A model generated the notes under the pieces. It did no database searches. It saw nothing but the letters and a program-made list of their open reading frames with translations, and had not been told where the DNA came from. Positions 63,502 through 64,000 of a DNA stretch of 64,000 nucleotides are shown piece by piece; position 1 is the first letter of the stretch, and each line of letters begins with the position of its first letter. A program made the translations under genes and the position numbers. The stretch comes from Mobula hypostoma (lineage: Eukaryota), in NCBI RefSeq assembly GCF_963921235.1, contig NC_086097.1:67706001-67770000 (forward strand), in the 5' to 3' direction.

Positions 63502-63640
63502 TGTCCTGCTGAAGGGTTTTGTCCCGAAACATCGACTGTACTTTTTTCCATAGATGCTGCCTGGCCTGCTGAGTTCCTCCAGCATTTTGTGTGTGTTGCT
63601 CGGATTTCCAGCATCTGTAGACTTTCTCGTTTGTGATACA
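63502..63640 (+). mobile_element. Short Penelope-terminus/hammerhead element (CUGCUGA variant)
   Basis: GTC-CTGCTGA-AGGGTTTTGTCCC-GAAAC-ATC-GACTG; TSD ATGCACTGTA (63492-63501, 63641-63650). Confidence 0.88.
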
Positions 63641-63734
63641 ATGCACTGTAGTCATTTGCCTTAGCATTAAGGTGGTCAAGGACATTAGGAACATGGGAAC
63701 TTTATCACATGAAGGAAATCACACACCTTTCTGA

Positions 63735-63915
63735 TGAGGAAATATATTGTCACTCTTTCATTGTTGCTGGGTCTAAATCCTAGAAATTCCTACTCAAAAC
63801 ATCAGGAGGACTGCAGTAGTTCAGCACAGTGGCTCATCAGCATTTTCTCAAAGGCATTTAGAGATTGACAATAGTAACTGACCTTGCCAGTGACACTTGC
63901 ATCCAGAAAAATGAT
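63735..63915 (+). mobile_element. 3' end of an old CR1-like LINE (further remnants ~62500-62850)
   Basis: GCTGGGTCTAAATCCTAGAA...GGACTGCAGTAGTTCAG...CCTTGCCAGTGACAC resembles a chondrichthyan LINE 3' end as I recall it. Confidence 0.5.
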
Positions 63916-64000
63916 TTTTCTTAAATGACTCGAAAGTTGTGTAATCCTTTTGAAGAGTCATTCTCTTTCAAAAGTGCCAAAAGTAGTGAATGGTTAACAT

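Noticed and set aside
18281..63640. Recurrent ~100-bp repeat as a CRISPR-like array or as tandem retrozymes
   Set aside because: Copies are dispersed on both strands with individual TSDs. There is no regular spacing and no head-to-tail tandem.
1..64000. The many 60-250 aa ORFs as host genes
   Set aside because: The recognisable ones are RT, APE, integrase, GIY-YIG or transposase debris or their antisense frames. The rest have no domain signal or consistent exon structure.

Overview
This is a repeat-dominated eukaryotic window. It is probably intronic or intergenic DNA from a cartilaginous fish (ray-like), inferred from the mix of V-SINE, CR1, Rex1, RTE and Penelope repeats. I found no credible host protein-coding exon; every recognisable ORF is transposon debris. 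The window holds many CR1 and Rex1/Babar-like LINE fragments, a decayed Gypsy element with PPT and 3' LTR carrying nested insertions, a long RTE LINE interrupted by CR1 and a young L1 3' end, two Penelope-like (GIY-YIG) fragments, Tigger, Tc1 and Harbinger DNA-transposon remnants, and V-SINEs. The main observations are three. (1) About 10 dispersed 100-170 bp elements match the Penelope 3' terminus and carry a minimal type I hammerhead ribozyme; several have their own target-site duplications, one is an inverted dimer, and two have near-intact cores (28423-28460, 62233-62270). (2) A full-length U2 snRNA copy has a ~45-nt 3' extension and a 16-bp TSD, making it a retrocopy or a candidate U2-derived SINE. 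(3) A 27-bp hairpin with G:U pairs and a perfect 24-bp palindrome lie in non-repeat DNA. Most boundaries of decayed repeats are approximate and were read by eye.
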